Positions 63,430 to 64,000 of a DNA stretch of 64,000 bases are shown here, in pieces (within the stretch, counting starts at the first letter, position 1; each line of letters begins with the position of its first letter). The DNA is taken from the NCBI GenBank assembly GCA_028819565.1, contig JAPPLD010000020.1, positions 32,099-96,098 on the forward strand, in the 5' to 3' direction. A program made the position numbers and the translations under genes. The DNA comes from Gammaproteobacteria bacterium (GTDB lineage: Bacteria; Pseudomonadota; Gammaproteobacteria; Poriferisulfidales; Poriferisulfidaceae). Under the pieces are notes generated by a model. The model was not told where the DNA came from, did no database searches, and worked only from the letters and a program-made list of their open reading frames with translations.

Positions 63430-64000
63430 ATTCCCTCGTCGTCTCCTGCTGCCAGAATCATGCCTTCGGAAGTCCCGAAGCGCATCTTGCGCGGCTCCAG
63501 GTTGGTGACCATCACGACCATGCGGCCGTTCAACTGTTCCGGCGTGTAGGCGGTACGAATGCCGGCGAAGACTTCACGCTGTTCATCGCCGAGGTCGAGA
63601 GTCAACGCCAGCAGCCGGTCGGCGCCTTCGACCTCGCGGGCCTCCGCGATCCGGGCGACCCGGAGATCGACCTTGGCGAAGTCTTCGTAGGGAATGGTGT
63701 CGGATTGCGCGGGCTCGGGCGGCGGCGCGTTTGAGGATTTGGTTTCTTCGATCATGGCTTGAACGGATTTCGGGTCGATGCGGGTGGACAGGGGGGTGAA
63801 CGGGCGAATCGGGCAGTCCAGTTGCGGCGTCTGCCGGGCGGTCCAGTCGAGCGGGCCGCAGTCGAGGAAGGCCTCGCTCTTGGCCGCCAGCGCGGGCAGC
63901 ACCGGTTTCAGGTAGATGACCAACACCCGGAACAGGTTGAGACCCTGGGTGCAGGCCTCCCAGGCCTGTTCGCGGGTGGCGGCGTCGCGCACCGTTTCCC
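63378..64000 (-). CDS. metG: methionyl-tRNA synthetase, C-terminal part (gene continues beyond the window end)
   Basis: GLNLFRVLVIYLKPVLPALAAKSEAFL and the C-terminal EMAP/tRNA-binding domain DFAKVDLRVARIAEAREVEGADRLLALTLDLG...NLEPRKMRFGTSEGMILAAG align with E. coli MetG residues ~520-677. Confidence 0.85.
   Translation of the reverse strand, partial: ETVRDAATREQAWEACTQGLNLFRVLVIYLKPVLPALAAKSEAFLDCGPLDWTARQTPQLDCPIRPFTPLSTRIDPKSVQAMIEETKSSNAPPPEPAQSDTIPYEDFAKVDLRVARIAEAREVEGADRLLALTLDLGDEQREVFAGIRTAYTPEQLNGRMVVMVTNLEPRKMRFGTSEGMILAAGDDEGMWLLTLDEGAQPGMKIR

Noticed and set aside
1-64000. tRNA/rRNA genes and integrase/transposase at island borders
   Set aside because: Scanning the intergenic regions (9694-9850, 11642-11786, 13171-13345, 14865-15099, 26234-26389, 44896-45022, 52603-52973, 54785-55139, 58745-59084, 62203-62338) showed no cloverleaf-like tRNA structure, no rRNA-like conserved blocks and no recombinase ORF.

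Overview
High-GC (~62%) gammaproteobacterial chromosome segment. Through ~13 kb and again from ~46 kb it carries conserved housekeeping genes in a Pseudomonas-like order: tpx, metK, ahcY, gshB, tonB-like, yqgE, ruvX, pyrR, pyrB, pyrC'-like, pyrK-like, porin, proC, yggT, then nrdAB, coq7, nth and metG. Two lower-GC accessory insertions break this synteny. The first (~13.2-16.5 kb) holds an AbiEi/AbiEii type IV toxin-antitoxin pair and an FAD-dependent oxidoreductase. The second (~26.3-46 kb) is a RiPP biosynthetic island. Its precursor has a nitrile-hydratase-like leader peptide (NHLP), a double-glycine-type (AG) cleavage motif and an unusually short five-residue core, LCCCT. The island also encodes a PatD/TruD-like fused E1-YcaO cyclodehydratase, a SAM methyltransferase, an AlkB-like membrane di-iron hydroxylase fused to a degenerate GlnE-like nucleotidyltransferase domain, and a geranylgeranyl-reductase-family flavoprotein. 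Export functions are an RND exporter plus the NHLM HlyD / C39-peptidase ABC / ABC trio. A second, unrelated Cys-rich RiPP operon lies at 56-58.7 kb. It is bufferin-like: a Sec-signal precursor with EGKCG repeats, DoxX, a DUF692 MNIO oxidase and a DUF2063 partner. Other features are a MerR/B12-binding regulator divergent from an AlkB-like hydroxylase, an MmeI-family Type IIL RM enzyme with a perfect upstream palindrome, dinB, fabA-trhO-tatD, and an ALDH-ATPase-metA operon. No rRNA, tRNA or CRISPR arrays were recognised.
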